A stretch of DNA of 64,000 nt, taken from contig JAUVXV010000010.1 of NCBI GenBank assembly GCA_030603365.1, positions 32,001 through 96,000 on the forward strand. Direction: 5' to 3'. A program made the position numbers and the translations under genes. The notes under the pieces are model-generated. The model was not told the origin of the DNA. It saw only the letters and a program-made list of their open reading frames with translations, and made no database searches. Every line of letters begins with the position of its first letter. Within the stretch, counting starts at the first letter, position 1. Shown here in pieces: positions 17,636-27,923 of this stretch. Source of the DNA: Candidatus Heimdallarchaeota archaeon (GTDB lineage Archaea > Asgardarchaeota > Heimdallarchaeia > Heimdallarchaeales > Heimdallarchaeaceae).

Positions 17636-20353
17636 TCAAATATCATTCCAATTTGAAACTATATAATCCCAGGTTTCTTCTAAAGCTATCTCAGGTGTGG
17701 AGTCAAGCACTTCCTTCCATATTTGAAATTGAATGTCTTCTACCAATTTATTAAATAAATTATTTTGTATAGGTAGGATAAATGTCCTATTAATCTCTTT
17801 TCTAATAGTCCACTTATCAACACCATATTTTGTTCCAAAACCTAAAAGAACTTCTCTCCAATCTCCATTACCTGTATAGTCAAATTGAACTTGTTTGTCA
17901 ACAACACGAATTCTAAACCCATTTCGAGGTTCAATAGAACTAGGTAAAAAAAACGACCAGTCATCTATTGTTTGGATATATTCTAGTATCCATGAAAAAA
18001 GAGTTGCCCAGACTTCTTTAAATTCAAATACTATTGCAAAAAGAAGTTTGATGTTAAAATCTCCTTCAGAATTTCTAAAATTATAGTTTGTTTTTAGAAA
18101 ATTTACTGGTTCTACAGGAATACCGGACTGAATAAGTCGTTTCTTCCAAGCATCAACTATCTGATTAGAGCTACTGAATTCAACTCCTCTTACATTGATT
18201 TTAAAAGGAAATTGTAAAAGCATTTTACTTAAAGATTCATTAGTTTTAAAAAATTGATTCAAATTCAATTTAACGCCAAACCAAGGTAATCTACCATTAA
18301 ACCCTACAACTTCAACTGGGGATATTGTTTTTCGATCAAAGAAAATTATAGGTTTAATTAATTTTGATTTATGATTTAGATTAAATCCATCTGGTACTTT
18401 ATAAGGTGGTTCTAAATCTCTTAATATTTTTTGTATCCAATTTGGATTATTTAAATAATGTTGCCAAATTTCTTTTTCACATTCAACATTTACACTATCA
18501 CTAACTAAGAGATCTCCAAAGAATTTAGCTTTCAATTTACTCCAACCACTAAAGAAATCAGATCCTTCTGTTATGCGATTTCTTTTGAAAATTTTTTCAA
18601 GTGAATAAGAACATTCCCAATGTTGATGAAATTTATAGGGTACTACACATTTGCTTTCGAAATTTTTGTCTAGTTTTTTAAATGTTTTTTGACCGAAATT
18701 ATTTAGGGTTTCTAGACAATGAAACATCGTCCCACAATTAAAAACTGAAAATTCTTCAATAATTTTCCTTTGGCTAAGAATCATAATTTCATAGTAGATA
18801 GTTCTTTGCATTTCATTAATCTTTTTAACTATTTCAAGTTCAGACATACCATCATGAATCAAACAAGGAGAGAGTTTATCCAGAGCTCCTTTCAAAATTG
18901 AATTCAGCATTGAATAGGTTGGGTATTTATCAGATGATTTTTTACCAGATTTTATCATGTCTTGAAGATTTGTATTAAAACAATCTAGAGATAATCTTAT
19001 TGTTCCATCTTTCGTTTTTACAAAGATTGGCAAAAATACATCTCGATGTATTTTGATTGATATAAATCTATTATTGTTATAACTTGTTCTAGTTTTTACT
19101 TTAAGTTCTATTTCTTGAACAGCTTCATCTGCAACGGTGAAATATCCGTTTTTTGTTACTAATTTATGTGCATTACCATGTTGAATTAAGGAAATTAATT
19201 GGTTTTGCTTTATAGCTCCCTTCAATATTCTATTAATTGTAATTTGAGAAAGCCCTGAATCTATCAGAACATTTCGTAAATTTCCTGATTTAATTTTTTT
19301 ATTAAAGTTGAAACCCACACCAGAAGTTGTGAATAAATATTTCTTTCTTAAAGCATCCACCAAATCATTTGCTTTCTTGAAACCAATCTTTAAATGGATA
19401 AGTTCCACATGTTTTGCTTTCAAAAATGAATCAATATCATCAAATATTTGTGTAGTAAATTTGATATTCTTACTTGTTCTAATATAGTCAAAAAAACCCC
19501 CCAAATCCTCCCCTACTTTCATTTCAACAATCTTAAGATCATACTTTGCAGATTTTCCTTTTCCAATTACTCCTAAAATAATGTCATCGAACCCATTGGA
19601 ACTGGAAAACTTACCTTTTAATCCTCTAATTAATATTTTATCTAGTTTTAATGAAACCCCATTGATATTCCAAAACCGCCGCATTTCATCTTTTTCGAAA
19701 TTTAATTTAATTTGAGCTTTTAGAAAACTCTCAGCTGTATGAGTACTTGTAATTCCTTTAACACCATATTTAGTCAATAGTACTCTTACATATGAATCAG
19801 ATTCTGAAGGTTCAAGAGGTGTCGAAAATTGTTTCAGATCTAGAGAATCAGAGGTTCTTTGATACTTTTGACAATTTCCATTTTTTGAATCATTATAATC
19901 CTTCAAAAAATGAATTCCAAGCTCATTTACATTTCTTTCTCCATATTGATTTAAAGGACCAAAAACCTTGTTGAGGTTTTCAGAATCATTAATGAGAGAA
20001 TTTACCCAATTATCGTAATTACTTTCTGGTTTTCCATGTAGATCGTTTATATCATTCCTAAGACGATTTGAATATTCAATACTCTCATTTAGGTGTGAAA
20101 TTAGAATCTTCTTAAACTGATTTTCGTTCTCCGTCAGATTATTTTGTATAACAAATCTACTCCTTACAAAATTTGAATTATCTTGTTTCATAGTTTCCAT
20201 ACTGAAATCCAAACTATCTTTATTTTGAGCAATTAACTTTGTTATTTGTTTTTTTATTTGCTTAATTGTTTTTAATTCATCTTCTATTTTCTTAAACAAA
20301 TTATCAGATTCTAGCTGTTTGTGAGCTTTGTTTTCATTTATTCTTGTATTCAT
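17636..20353 (-). CDS. 905-aa hypothetical protein with putative PD-(D/E)XK nuclease domain (cargo)
   Basis: Long, very AT-rich ORF; N-terminal coiled coil; HTAE...NGFDD...IVEMK motif. Confidence 0.65.
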   Translation of the reverse strand: MNTRINENKAHKQLESDNLFKKIEDELKTIKQIKKQITKLIAQNKDSLDFSMETMKQDNSNFVRSRFVIQNNLTENENQFKKILISHLNESIEYSNRLRNDINDLHGKPESNYDNWVNSLINDSENLNKVFGPLNQYGERNVNELGIHFLKDYNDSKNGNCQKYQRTSDSLDLKQFSTPLEPSESDSYVRVLLTKYGVKGITSTHTAESFLKAQIKLNFEKDEMRRFWNINGVSLKLDKILIRGLKGKFSSSNGFDDIILGVIGKGKSAKYDLKIVEMKVGEDLGGFFDYIRTSKNIKFTTQIFDDIDSFLKAKHVELIHLKIGFKKANDLVDALRKKYLFTTSGVGFNFNKKIKSGNLRNVLIDSGLSQITINRILKGAIKQNQLISLIQHGNAHKLVTKNGYFTVADEAVQEIELKVKTRTSYNNNRFISIKIHRDVFLPIFVKTKDGTIRLSLDCFNTNLQDMIKSGKKSSDKYPTYSMLNSILKGALDKLSPCLIHDGMSELEIVKKINEMQRTIYYEIMILSQRKIIEEFSVFNCGTMFHCLETLNNFGQKTFKKLDKNFESKCVVPYKFHQHWECSYSLEKIFKRNRITEGSDFFSGWSKLKAKFFGDLLVSDSVNVECEKEIWQHYLNNPNWIQKILRDLEPPYKVPDGFNLNHKSKLIKPIIFFDRKTISPVEVVGFNGRLPWFGVKLNLNQFFKTNESLSKMLLQFPFKINVRGVEFSSSNQIVDAWKKRLIQSGIPVEPVNFLKTNYNFRNSEGDFNIKLLFAIVFEFKEVWATLFSWILEYIQTIDDWSFFLPSSIEPRNGFRIRVVDKQVQFDYTGNGDWREVLLGFGTKYGVDKWTIRKEINRTFILPIQNNLFNKLVEDIQFQIWKEVLDSTPEIALEETWDYIVSNWNDI

Positions 20354-20478
20354 GATGATAACTTCATATTATAATGCTAAAAATGATTTAAAAACTCATG
20401 AAAAAACATATAACTAAGTAAAAGTGGAAAAAGGGGTTAAGATTTAGAAATCTTAGTGAAAAAACCAAAATTATTTTT

Positions 20479-21075
20479 TTACAAGTTTTGTATAATTTTA
20501 TTTTTGTTCTCTTCTATCTTCTTTTTGCTTTTTTCAGTCATATTACCACCATGGGTATCAATTGTTATAGTTAAAGGACCAAAGTTTTCTACATCGAAGA
20601 GCCAAAGCGATTCGGGCATTCCCAACTCCTCAAACCAAAAAACGTCCTTGACTTTCTTTATTCTATTTGCTGCGAGTAGTGCAGCACCTCCTGTAAAGTA
20701 ACCATAAATGCATGTTTCCTCTTGGCATGCTTTTGTAGTTCTTTCTCCCATACCACCTTTACCTATGATGATACCTGGCTGGAAAACTCTAATGAATTCA
20801 TCTTGGAAAATTTCCATTCTTGCTGAAGTTGTTGGTCCTGCTGCAACAACAATCCATTCACCTTCTTCATTCTTCTTCATGACTGGACCGCAGTGGAAAA
20901 GACCAATCCCTTTGAAATCTACGGGAGGTTTTTCTCCTTTTTTATGCAGTTCCAATGCTTTTAGATGAGCCTCATCCCGAGCAGTTACAACCGTCCCTGT
21001 GAGATACACAATATCCCCAATAGATATTTTCTTCAAATCTTCTGGGGGAATTGGAGTAGTCAAATGATATTCCAT
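20479..21075 (-). CDS. fumB: class I fumarate hydratase / tartrate dehydratase beta subunit
   Basis: TARDEAH, HCGP, GPTTSARM, IGKGGM, FGPLTITIDTHG. Confidence 0.9.
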   Translation of the reverse strand: MEYHLTTPIPPEDLKKISIGDIVYLTGTVVTARDEAHLKALELHKKGEKPPVDFKGIGLFHCGPVMKKNEEGEWIVVAAGPTTSARMEIFQDEFIRVFQPGIIIGKGGMGERTTKACQEETCIYGYFTGGAALLAANRIKKVKDVFWFEELGMPESLWLFDVENFGPLTITIDTHGGNMTEKSKKKIEENKNKIIQNL

Positions 21076-21200
21076 GAGTTTCGAGCTAACATAAATTATT
21101 TAATCTTTCGAAGGGGACTTATCGAATAGCTGAATAAACTAGTGCTAGTCAAAATTTTAAATAAGCGATAAAGATATACTATAAGATAAAGTGAGATTCA

Positions 21201-21971
21201 ATGACAACCATTTCTGACTTATTAGAAGAAGTTGCTCAGCTAGTTGTTGACGCTAATTCTATAGTTATCTTTACTGGTGCTGGAATAAGTACTCCAAGTG
21301 GCATTCCTGATTTTCGCTCTCCAGGAGGATTATGGGAAAAATATGACCCATTTGAGGTTTCATCAATGAGAGCGTTCAAGAAAGAGCCAGAAAAGGTTTG
21401 GGAATTTTTCAGAGATTTATATCAACAATTTGAGGATCCTCAGCCAAATCCTGCACATTTTGCAGTTACAGACATTCAAAAATTAAAGGGGAGTGATCAT
21501 GTTCATATTGTCACACAGAATATTGATGGACTTCACACAAAATCAGGAGCGAAAAATGTTTTTGAAATTCATGGAAATGCTGAAAAAATGCATTGCTACA
21601 AATGTGCTTTTGAGGAAGATTTGGATGTAGAAAAGCATCTTAATACTCACCCATACCCCAAATGTCCAAATTGTGAAAAACCACTCAAACCAAAAGTTGT
21701 GCTATTTGAAGAATTGTTAGATAATAATTTATTCCAAAGAGCATTAAGATTAGCAGTGAAGAGTGATTTAGCTATAGGTGTAGGCACAAGTCTAGGTGTT
21801 TTTCCTGCAGCAGATATTCTTTTGAGACCTCCTCCAAAAACAAAGAAAGTAATTTTTAATCTCACACCAACCTACTATGATCATTTAATACATTATAGAG
21901 TCAGAGGAGATATTGTAGATACTCTACCTGAATTGGTTAAAGAAGTTAAGAAAAAAATGAGTGACGAATAA
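21201..21971 (+). CDS. cobB: Sir2-family NAD-dependent protein deacylase
   Basis: GAGISTPSGIPDFRS, TQNIDGLH, HG, two CxxC pairs, GTSLGVFP. Confidence 0.93.
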   Translation: MTTISDLLEEVAQLVVDANSIVIFTGAGISTPSGIPDFRSPGGLWEKYDPFEVSSMRAFKKEPEKVWEFFRDLYQQFEDPQPNPAHFAVTDIQKLKGSDHVHIVTQNIDGLHTKSGAKNVFEIHGNAEKMHCYKCAFEEDLDVEKHLNTHPYPKCPNCEKPLKPKVVLFEELLDNNLFQRALRLAVKSDLAIGVGTSLGVFPAADILLRPPPKTKKVIFNLTPTYYDHLIHYRVRGDIVDTLPELVKEVKKKMSDE

Positions 21972-22054
21972 ATAGCAGTTTTTGAAGAAGATTACTACTT
22001 CCAGAAAGTTTAAAGTATTAAGTCCGTTAATTAATAGACATAAGGTAGATTTGA

Positions 22055-23059
22055 ATGTCATTTGATAAAGATCCTGAAGAATTCAAGAAAGAAGTACAAG
22101 AAGAAAGTACTTTTCAAAAAGAACTGCTTGATGCTGTAGAAGACCAAGCAGAGGAAATTGAGGAAGAAGAGGTCCGCTACAAACAGGAAGCCGTTAGGGA
22201 AGAAAAACCAAAGAAAAAGGAAATAGAAACTAGACCTACTCCAGCTCCTGTTGCAAAACCAGTAGATGAGAAGAAAAAGAAAAAGGAACCAAGAGTAGTA
22301 TATACTCATATAGATGTTGATCTATGGAGAACTAAATTACATAAAGAAGAATGGGGAATCAGAAAAGATGCTCAAAGAGCTCAGAAAGATAGACAGTGGA
22401 CAAGAGATATGGATCAACTTGGAACTGTAAAGATTGATGGAGAAGACTACGGGCTTCTAGCTATACGAGAGAAATCTTGGAAAGAAAAAGATCCTCTTGA
22501 AAGAAGATTTGTCATGAAAATGTTCTCTCCAAGTGGTTATTGGAGAGCTAGTATTGAAAGATTACAGGGAGAAAGTTTTGCTAATTCACTAGCAACAAAG
22601 GAACCTTCACCAGCTTATGTTTGTATTTTTAAACACACTCGAAATCTATTCCGAATTCGAAGATTAGCTCATTTCCCACGTTTCCAAGGTCAAATATTTG
22701 GTTTCAGTTATTTGGATGAAACTGATGTTTTTCATTCCTTTGTTATTGATGATAAACGATTACGTTTAGGTTCTGACTGGGTTGTAAAAGATATACATAA
22801 TAAAGTCATAGCTAAAATAAATGGTAAATTCATGAACATCGGTGGTAGATTCAAAATTGATATCTTCAACCAAAAATTGGCTAAAGACAAGACTTTCTTT
22901 AACACTCTAATCTTATTCAGTACTACACTTAGGTTCTATAGAGACATAAAGAAAAACATAAAGAAGGCACTTAAAGAGCTTAAAACTTCTGATGCAGAGG
23001 TTAAACTTGACGATAGTGAAACAAATCTTTACCTCAACCCTAGAAAGCTATCAATATAG
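22055..23059 (+). CDS. hypothetical protein; acidic N-terminus, possible tubby/LURP-one-like C-terminal domain
   Basis: Beta-strand-rich C-terminal half (IAKINGKFMNIGGRFKIDI) followed by a hydrophobic helix. Confidence 0.6.
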   Translation: MSFDKDPEEFKKEVQEESTFQKELLDAVEDQAEEIEEEEVRYKQEAVREEKPKKKEIETRPTPAPVAKPVDEKKKKKEPRVVYTHIDVDLWRTKLHKEEWGIRKDAQRAQKDRQWTRDMDQLGTVKIDGEDYGLLAIREKSWKEKDPLERRFVMKMFSPSGYWRASIERLQGESFANSLATKEPSPAYVCIFKHTRNLFRIRRLAHFPRFQGQIFGFSYLDETDVFHSFVIDDKRLRLGSDWVVKDIHNKVIAKINGKFMNIGGRFKIDIFNQKLAKDKTFFNTLILFSTTLRFYRDIKKNIKKALKELKTSDAEVKLDDSETNLYLNPRKLSI

Positions 23060-23148
23060 CTTTACTAGTTTCTCTTTATTTTTTCTTATTTCTCTAATAA
23101 ACAGTGTTTTTATACCTAAATAACATATTTTCTAAAGAAGGAAGGCTC

Positions 23149-24552
23149 ATGTCTATTGAAGTCAATATTCGTTTTAAATTAGCTTTTGATCTTATTCTTG
23201 AAGCTAGTGGAAGGATTGAAGACAAGGAATTGTTAAAATTTCTAAAAGAGAATCCAAAAAAGGAAAATGAATATCGTGCTTCTCCTCATAATTATCAGCT
23301 GATTCAGCGAATAATGAAAACTAAAAAATATATTGTTAATTCTTTTATTCTGGAGGATACAGATTTATCCGAAAATTATCTCAAGAGAATAGGAGTCAAA
23401 TTAGCATTAAGAGATTATCAGATAAAAGCTTTGGATGAATTTACAGATAATGATGGAATGGGCATAGTAATTCTTCCAACGGCAGCAGGTAAAACAATAA
23501 TAGGTTTGAAAGCGATCGAACGCTTAAAACAGAAAACAGTGATAGTTGTTCCTACAAAGAATCTTCTCTATCAATGGGTAGAACATTTAACAAAATATAC
23601 ATCTCTTACAAGAGATTTGATTGGACAACTTGGTGATCAAGTTCGAGATATAAAAGAGATAACAGTTACAACCTATGATAGTGCAAGATTGAACATCAAT
23701 GAATTGAGAAAACACTTTAATTTTATAATATTCGATGAAGCACATCATGCAGGAGCCAAGGAGACTCTTAAGGTATTAGAAGGTCTACCCTCAGCTTATA
23801 GACTGGGCTTAACAGCTACTCCAGATAGGTCAGATAAAGCTGAAGAAATTTTATTCGAACTAATTGGTAAACCCATAAAGGTAGCTAGAGTCACAGATCT
23901 AGCAGAAAATGGATATATTGCAAAATATCAGCATAAAGCCATCAAAGTTCAATTGGATCAGGACGAGAGAGAATTATATAATGATTATATGAAAACATAC
24001 AGAGGATATCTAAAAAGTAGGAACATTCAGATTCGTACGCCTGAAGATTATGAAAAATATTTAATTTTTCGAGTTAATCAAGATTTTAAGGCTAAGGAAG
24101 CTTTAGATTCTCACAGAAAAGCAAGAACTCTGGTTTTCTCATCCAAAGCAAAACTAAGAAAAGTTGAAGATTTATTAATCCAACATAAAAACGACCAGAT
24201 AATCATTTTTTCTGAGTTTAACGATATGGTTTATGATATTAGTAGAAGGCATTTGATTCCTGCAATTACTCATGAAACTAAAAGCAATGAACGCGAGGAT
24301 ATTCTGCAGAGGTTCAACCAAGGAGAATATTCCAAAATAGTTACAGGAAGAGTTCTAGACGAAGGGTGGGATTGTGGTAACGTTAATGTTGGTATAATTG
24401 TTAGCGGTACTGGGCAAGCAAGACAATTCATCCAAAGACTAGGAAGAATTTTACGACCTAAAGAAGGCGAGGCTCTACTCTATGAATTAATTACTCCTGA
24501 GTCTTTAGAAACTGGTACTGCTAGAAGAAGGAAAGATAGTGATGTGATTTAA
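23149..24552 (+). CDS. xpb: XPB/Rad25-type SF2 helicase
   Basis: LRDYQ, PTAAGKT, DEAHH, LTATPDRSD, QRLGRILRP. Confidence 0.9.
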   Translation: MSIEVNIRFKLAFDLILEASGRIEDKELLKFLKENPKKENEYRASPHNYQLIQRIMKTKKYIVNSFILEDTDLSENYLKRIGVKLALRDYQIKALDEFTDNDGMGIVILPTAAGKTIIGLKAIERLKQKTVIVVPTKNLLYQWVEHLTKYTSLTRDLIGQLGDQVRDIKEITVTTYDSARLNINELRKHFNFIIFDEAHHAGAKETLKVLEGLPSAYRLGLTATPDRSDKAEEILFELIGKPIKVARVTDLAENGYIAKYQHKAIKVQLDQDERELYNDYMKTYRGYLKSRNIQIRTPEDYEKYLIFRVNQDFKAKEALDSHRKARTLVFSSKAKLRKVEDLLIQHKNDQIIIFSEFNDMVYDISRRHLIPAITHETKSNEREDILQRFNQGEYSKIVTGRVLDEGWDCGNVNVGIIVSGTGQARQFIQRLGRILRPKEGEALLYELITPESLETGTARRRKDSDVI

Positions 24553-26264
24553 TGAGAATAGCATTAGCAGAATTTGAATTTGACATCAAAGGTTCAGGAA
24601 ATAAAGCTACCTTTCACCCTCTATTTCTCAATCCTACAGAAAAAAACAAAGTACAGGCATTTATTCAGTTCCTCAATAATAGTCTGGGGTCTAAAAAAGC
24701 AGACATTAATTTTGAGATTCTAGATGATTTATTTACATCATATAAAATTATTAGATCTCTACAAGTTTCATCTTTGAGATTCTTTTCATTAAATTCACAA
24801 ACCTTTAGTGATATTCTGCAAGAGGGTAAGTCTTCAACTAAAGGTTCAAGCGATATCATTTCGTTCATATCTGAAAAAACCTCTTCAAATTTAGATATTC
24901 TAAGAATGGAGGTTGTTCAGTTTAGAAATAAAATCTTTGATTACTTGAATAAGAACAATAAGGGGTTTGTTAGTTTATCTGAGAGAGAAGAACATGTCAC
25001 TAAACTAGAAAGTGAATTTGGTTTACCTGCTAAATCACTTGATACATTGATGTATATTGATCTTGATTCAGAGAAAGTTTTAACCAAAAGTGATGAGGTT
25101 GACCCTGTTCAACTTATTCGGTTCTATAATTATGATATTGTTGATACTACTCTGTCTTTCTCAATCGATTTACAAATGAGGTTAAAGAGTCTTCCCGGTT
25201 ATTTAGCGAAGAAACTTGTTTATTTTTCAAAGAAAAATTATGTTTTTAGTGATATCGTTTTAGAAGAGGAAGGTTACAGAATTACAATTGAACCGCCATT
25301 GGAAATGTTTAGAGAGAAAGGTGGGTGGGGGAGGAATATTGCAAACGTCGCAACCTACATCCTGAGAGTTTTATTACGAGAAGAAATCCCATTTCAACTT
25401 AATGCAATAGTCGAACCCAGAAACAGAAAATCTCTGTTTAAATTGGATTCTCAGGAACTACCAATTTTACCATCTTTTAGAACAGAGGAAGAGGATATGG
25501 TTTTCAGACCCGCGATAGATTCAAAGGTAGAAGATCAATTCTTAAAATCCTGGAGAAATTACCATGGATGGAAAGCGATACCTGAACCAGAAGCAATTAT
25601 TGTAGGTAAGAAAATGTATGTTCCAGACTTCCTTCTTGAAAGAGGAGATAAAACCATCTTTTTGGAAATTGTCGGATTTTATACATCAAAATATATTCAA
25701 AAGAAAAAGAATCAAATGTCTGAATTAGATAAATTGGGAGTGTCTATTATCTATCTTATTGATGAGAACCTACAAACTCATTTTGCAAATCTTCGGAATA
25801 ATAAAATACTCTATTATTCAGGAACTAAAATTCCAAACCAGGATCTTATTAGATTGCTTGATAAGGATTATTCTGATTTTGAGGAAAGATTACCGAAATT
25901 CCAAGAAACATTGATTCGAGTATGTAAGAATATAGCAGAAAATGGATCTCTTTTAACATTACAAGAATTGAATGGTGAATTACAAACTTATTCTGATAGT
26001 GAAACTGAGAGACTCATGGCATCCGAAAATGTTATTGATATTTTACAAAATCATCAAGTTGTTATGCTTCCAAGTTTTGGTCTAGTAAGTGATGTAATAG
26101 TACAAAAAGTGAAGGATTACATGATTAAAACAAAGAAAATATCCTTGTCCTCGCTAAAAGAAGTATATCCTAAATACAAGGATGCATTAATTGCTATATG
26201 TCAACACATAGGTTGCTCTGTTAAATGGAAATCGATAGATAAAGTAGAGATATCTATGAAATAA
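24552..26264 (+). CDS. bax1: DUF790/Bax1 endonuclease (XPB partner)
   Basis: DSKVE...EPE...VPDF...LEIVGFYT..Y; overlaps the xpb stop (TAATG). Confidence 0.85.
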   Translation: MRIALAEFEFDIKGSGNKATFHPLFLNPTEKNKVQAFIQFLNNSLGSKKADINFEILDDLFTSYKIIRSLQVSSLRFFSLNSQTFSDILQEGKSSTKGSSDIISFISEKTSSNLDILRMEVVQFRNKIFDYLNKNNKGFVSLSEREEHVTKLESEFGLPAKSLDTLMYIDLDSEKVLTKSDEVDPVQLIRFYNYDIVDTTLSFSIDLQMRLKSLPGYLAKKLVYFSKKNYVFSDIVLEEEGYRITIEPPLEMFREKGGWGRNIANVATYILRVLLREEIPFQLNAIVEPRNRKSLFKLDSQELPILPSFRTEEEDMVFRPAIDSKVEDQFLKSWRNYHGWKAIPEPEAIIVGKKMYVPDFLLERGDKTIFLEIVGFYTSKYIQKKKNQMSELDKLGVSIIYLIDENLQTHFANLRNNKILYYSGTKIPNQDLIRLLDKDYSDFEERLPKFQETLIRVCKNIAENGSLLTLQELNGELQTYSDSETERLMASENVIDILQNHQVVMLPSFGLVSDVIVQKVKDYMIKTKKISLSSLKEVYPKYKDALIAICQHIGCSVKWKSIDKVEISMK

Positions 26265-26318
26265 GTAGATAATTGTTGCGACGAAACATTCTTTTAAGAT
26301 ATATTATATTGTTATGCA

Positions 26319-27080
26319 ATGTCAAAGAAGATTGCAATCATCGGAGGCTCAGGAGTTTATGATTTATTTGAAGGTGCTGAAACCATTATGGTCAAAACAC
26401 CGTATGGTAAGGTTGAGAATGCGAGTAGAATTAAAATATCGGAAAAAGAAATTTTCTTTCTACCAAGACATGGTCCTGATCATTCAATGCCACCACACTT
26501 GATAAATTATAGAGCAAACATTTATGCTTTACACTCACTAGAAGTAGAAGAAATTTACGCTACAAATGCTGTAGGGTCAATCCACACAAAAATCCATCCA
26601 GGAGATTTCGTTGTACCAGACCAGTTGATTGATATGACTAAAAACAGACCTTTGACATTCTTTGATGGTGAAACTGAGATTGTTTTTAAAGATGGTACAT
26701 CAAAAAGAGGAGTTGTACATCTAGATTACACAGAACCCTATACCCCAAAATTAAGAATGAGGTATTTATCTCTGGCTAAGGTATCTTCTAGAAAAGTACA
26801 TGATAAGGGAGTTCTTGTGTGCACAGAAGGTCCTAGATTTGAGACACCAGCTGAAATCAAAATGTTTCAATCTTTTGGAGGAACTTTGGTAGGAATGACT
26901 TCAGTTCCTGAAGCTATACTGGCGCGAGAAGTACAGATTGCATATGCAACTCTTTGTTTAGTAACAAATTATGGTGCAGGGATGCAAGAAGAAGTTACTC
27001 ATGCAGAAGTAATTGAGATTTTTAATAAGAAGATTCAAGTTGTAAAATCAATTATGCAGAAGATAATTGAAGAGAAATAA
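26319..27080 (+). CDS. mtnP: 5'-methylthioadenosine/inosine phosphorylase
   Basis: IIGGSG, PRHG, NYRANI, EGPRFETPAE, VGMT. Confidence 0.9.
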   Translation: MSKKIAIIGGSGVYDLFEGAETIMVKTPYGKVENASRIKISEKEIFFLPRHGPDHSMPPHLINYRANIYALHSLEVEEIYATNAVGSIHTKIHPGDFVVPDQLIDMTKNRPLTFFDGETEIVFKDGTSKRGVVHLDYTEPYTPKLRMRYLSLAKVSSRKVHDKGVLVCTEGPRFETPAEIKMFQSFGGTLVGMTSVPEAILAREVQIAYATLCLVTNYGAGMQEEVTHAEVIEIFNKKIQVVKSIMQKIIEEK

Positions 27081-27186
27081 TTATTCACTATCCAGCACAA
27101 ACAATAATACTTTGAGTACAATCCCTAAAATGCAGAAGAATGACGTTAAAACATTAAATTTAATGACCTTTATAAAACTTGGTCTT

Positions 27187-27203
27187 GAAAAGCTTTATAA
27201 ATA
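27187..27203 (+). promoter_or_regulatory. BRE + TATA box upstream of tbp
   Basis: GAAAAG-CTTTATAAATA about 50 nt upstream of the ATG. Confidence 0.5.
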
Positions 27204-27251
27204 GAAGTAGTTTAAAGTCCTTCAACGTTTATAAAGGCGTGATGGTATAAT

Positions 27252-27830
27252 ATGACACCAAAAATTGATTATGGTATAATAATTCAGAATGTTGTAGCCA
27301 GTATTAATCTTTTTACAACCATTGATCTTGTTACAGCATATCAAACACTTATTGATGAAGATGATTTATTCGTCAGTTATAATCCAGAAACTTTCCCAGG
27401 TCTTATTTTAAAAATTAAGAAACCAAAGATTTCCAGTCTAGTTTTCAGTTCTGGAAAACTTGTTCTCACTGGTGCTAAATCTACTAGTATGGTTCATGAG
27501 GGTGTTCTAGAAATGATCAAAATCCTCAAAACTGTAGGAACAAAAATAACTGAAGAACCAGAAATCATTGTACAAAACATTGTAGCATCTGGTCATTTCA
27601 ATCATCGAACAATTAACTTGGAATTAGCAGCTTTATGGTTAGAACATTCCATGTACGAGCCAGAACAATTCCCAGGTTTAATCTACAGACTTGCTGAACC
27701 AAAAACTGTTCTTCTCTTATTCCAATCAGGAAACCTAGTTTGTACTGGAGCAAAAACTGAGGTACAAGTCCGTCAAGCTGTTGAAAATACTTACAACACT
27801 TTAGATGAAATCAATGCTTTTGATTTCTAA
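27252..27830 (+). CDS. tbp: TATA-box-binding protein
   Basis: Two repeats: QNVVAS...YNPETFPGL and QNIVASG...YEPEQFPGL; LVxTGAK. Confidence 0.97.
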   Translation: MTPKIDYGIIIQNVVASINLFTTIDLVTAYQTLIDEDDLFVSYNPETFPGLILKIKKPKISSLVFSSGKLVLTGAKSTSMVHEGVLEMIKILKTVGTKITEEPEIIVQNIVASGHFNHRTINLELAALWLEHSMYEPEQFPGLIYRLAEPKTVLLLFQSGNLVCTGAKTEVQVRQAVENTYNTLDEINAFDF

Positions 27831-27923
27831 CTTCATTCCCTCCTCTTTTTATTTTGTTTTTTATCTAGTTTAAAACTCATTGTTCATCTAAAAATTTTTA
27901 ATGAAACTAAGAAATTCTGTATT

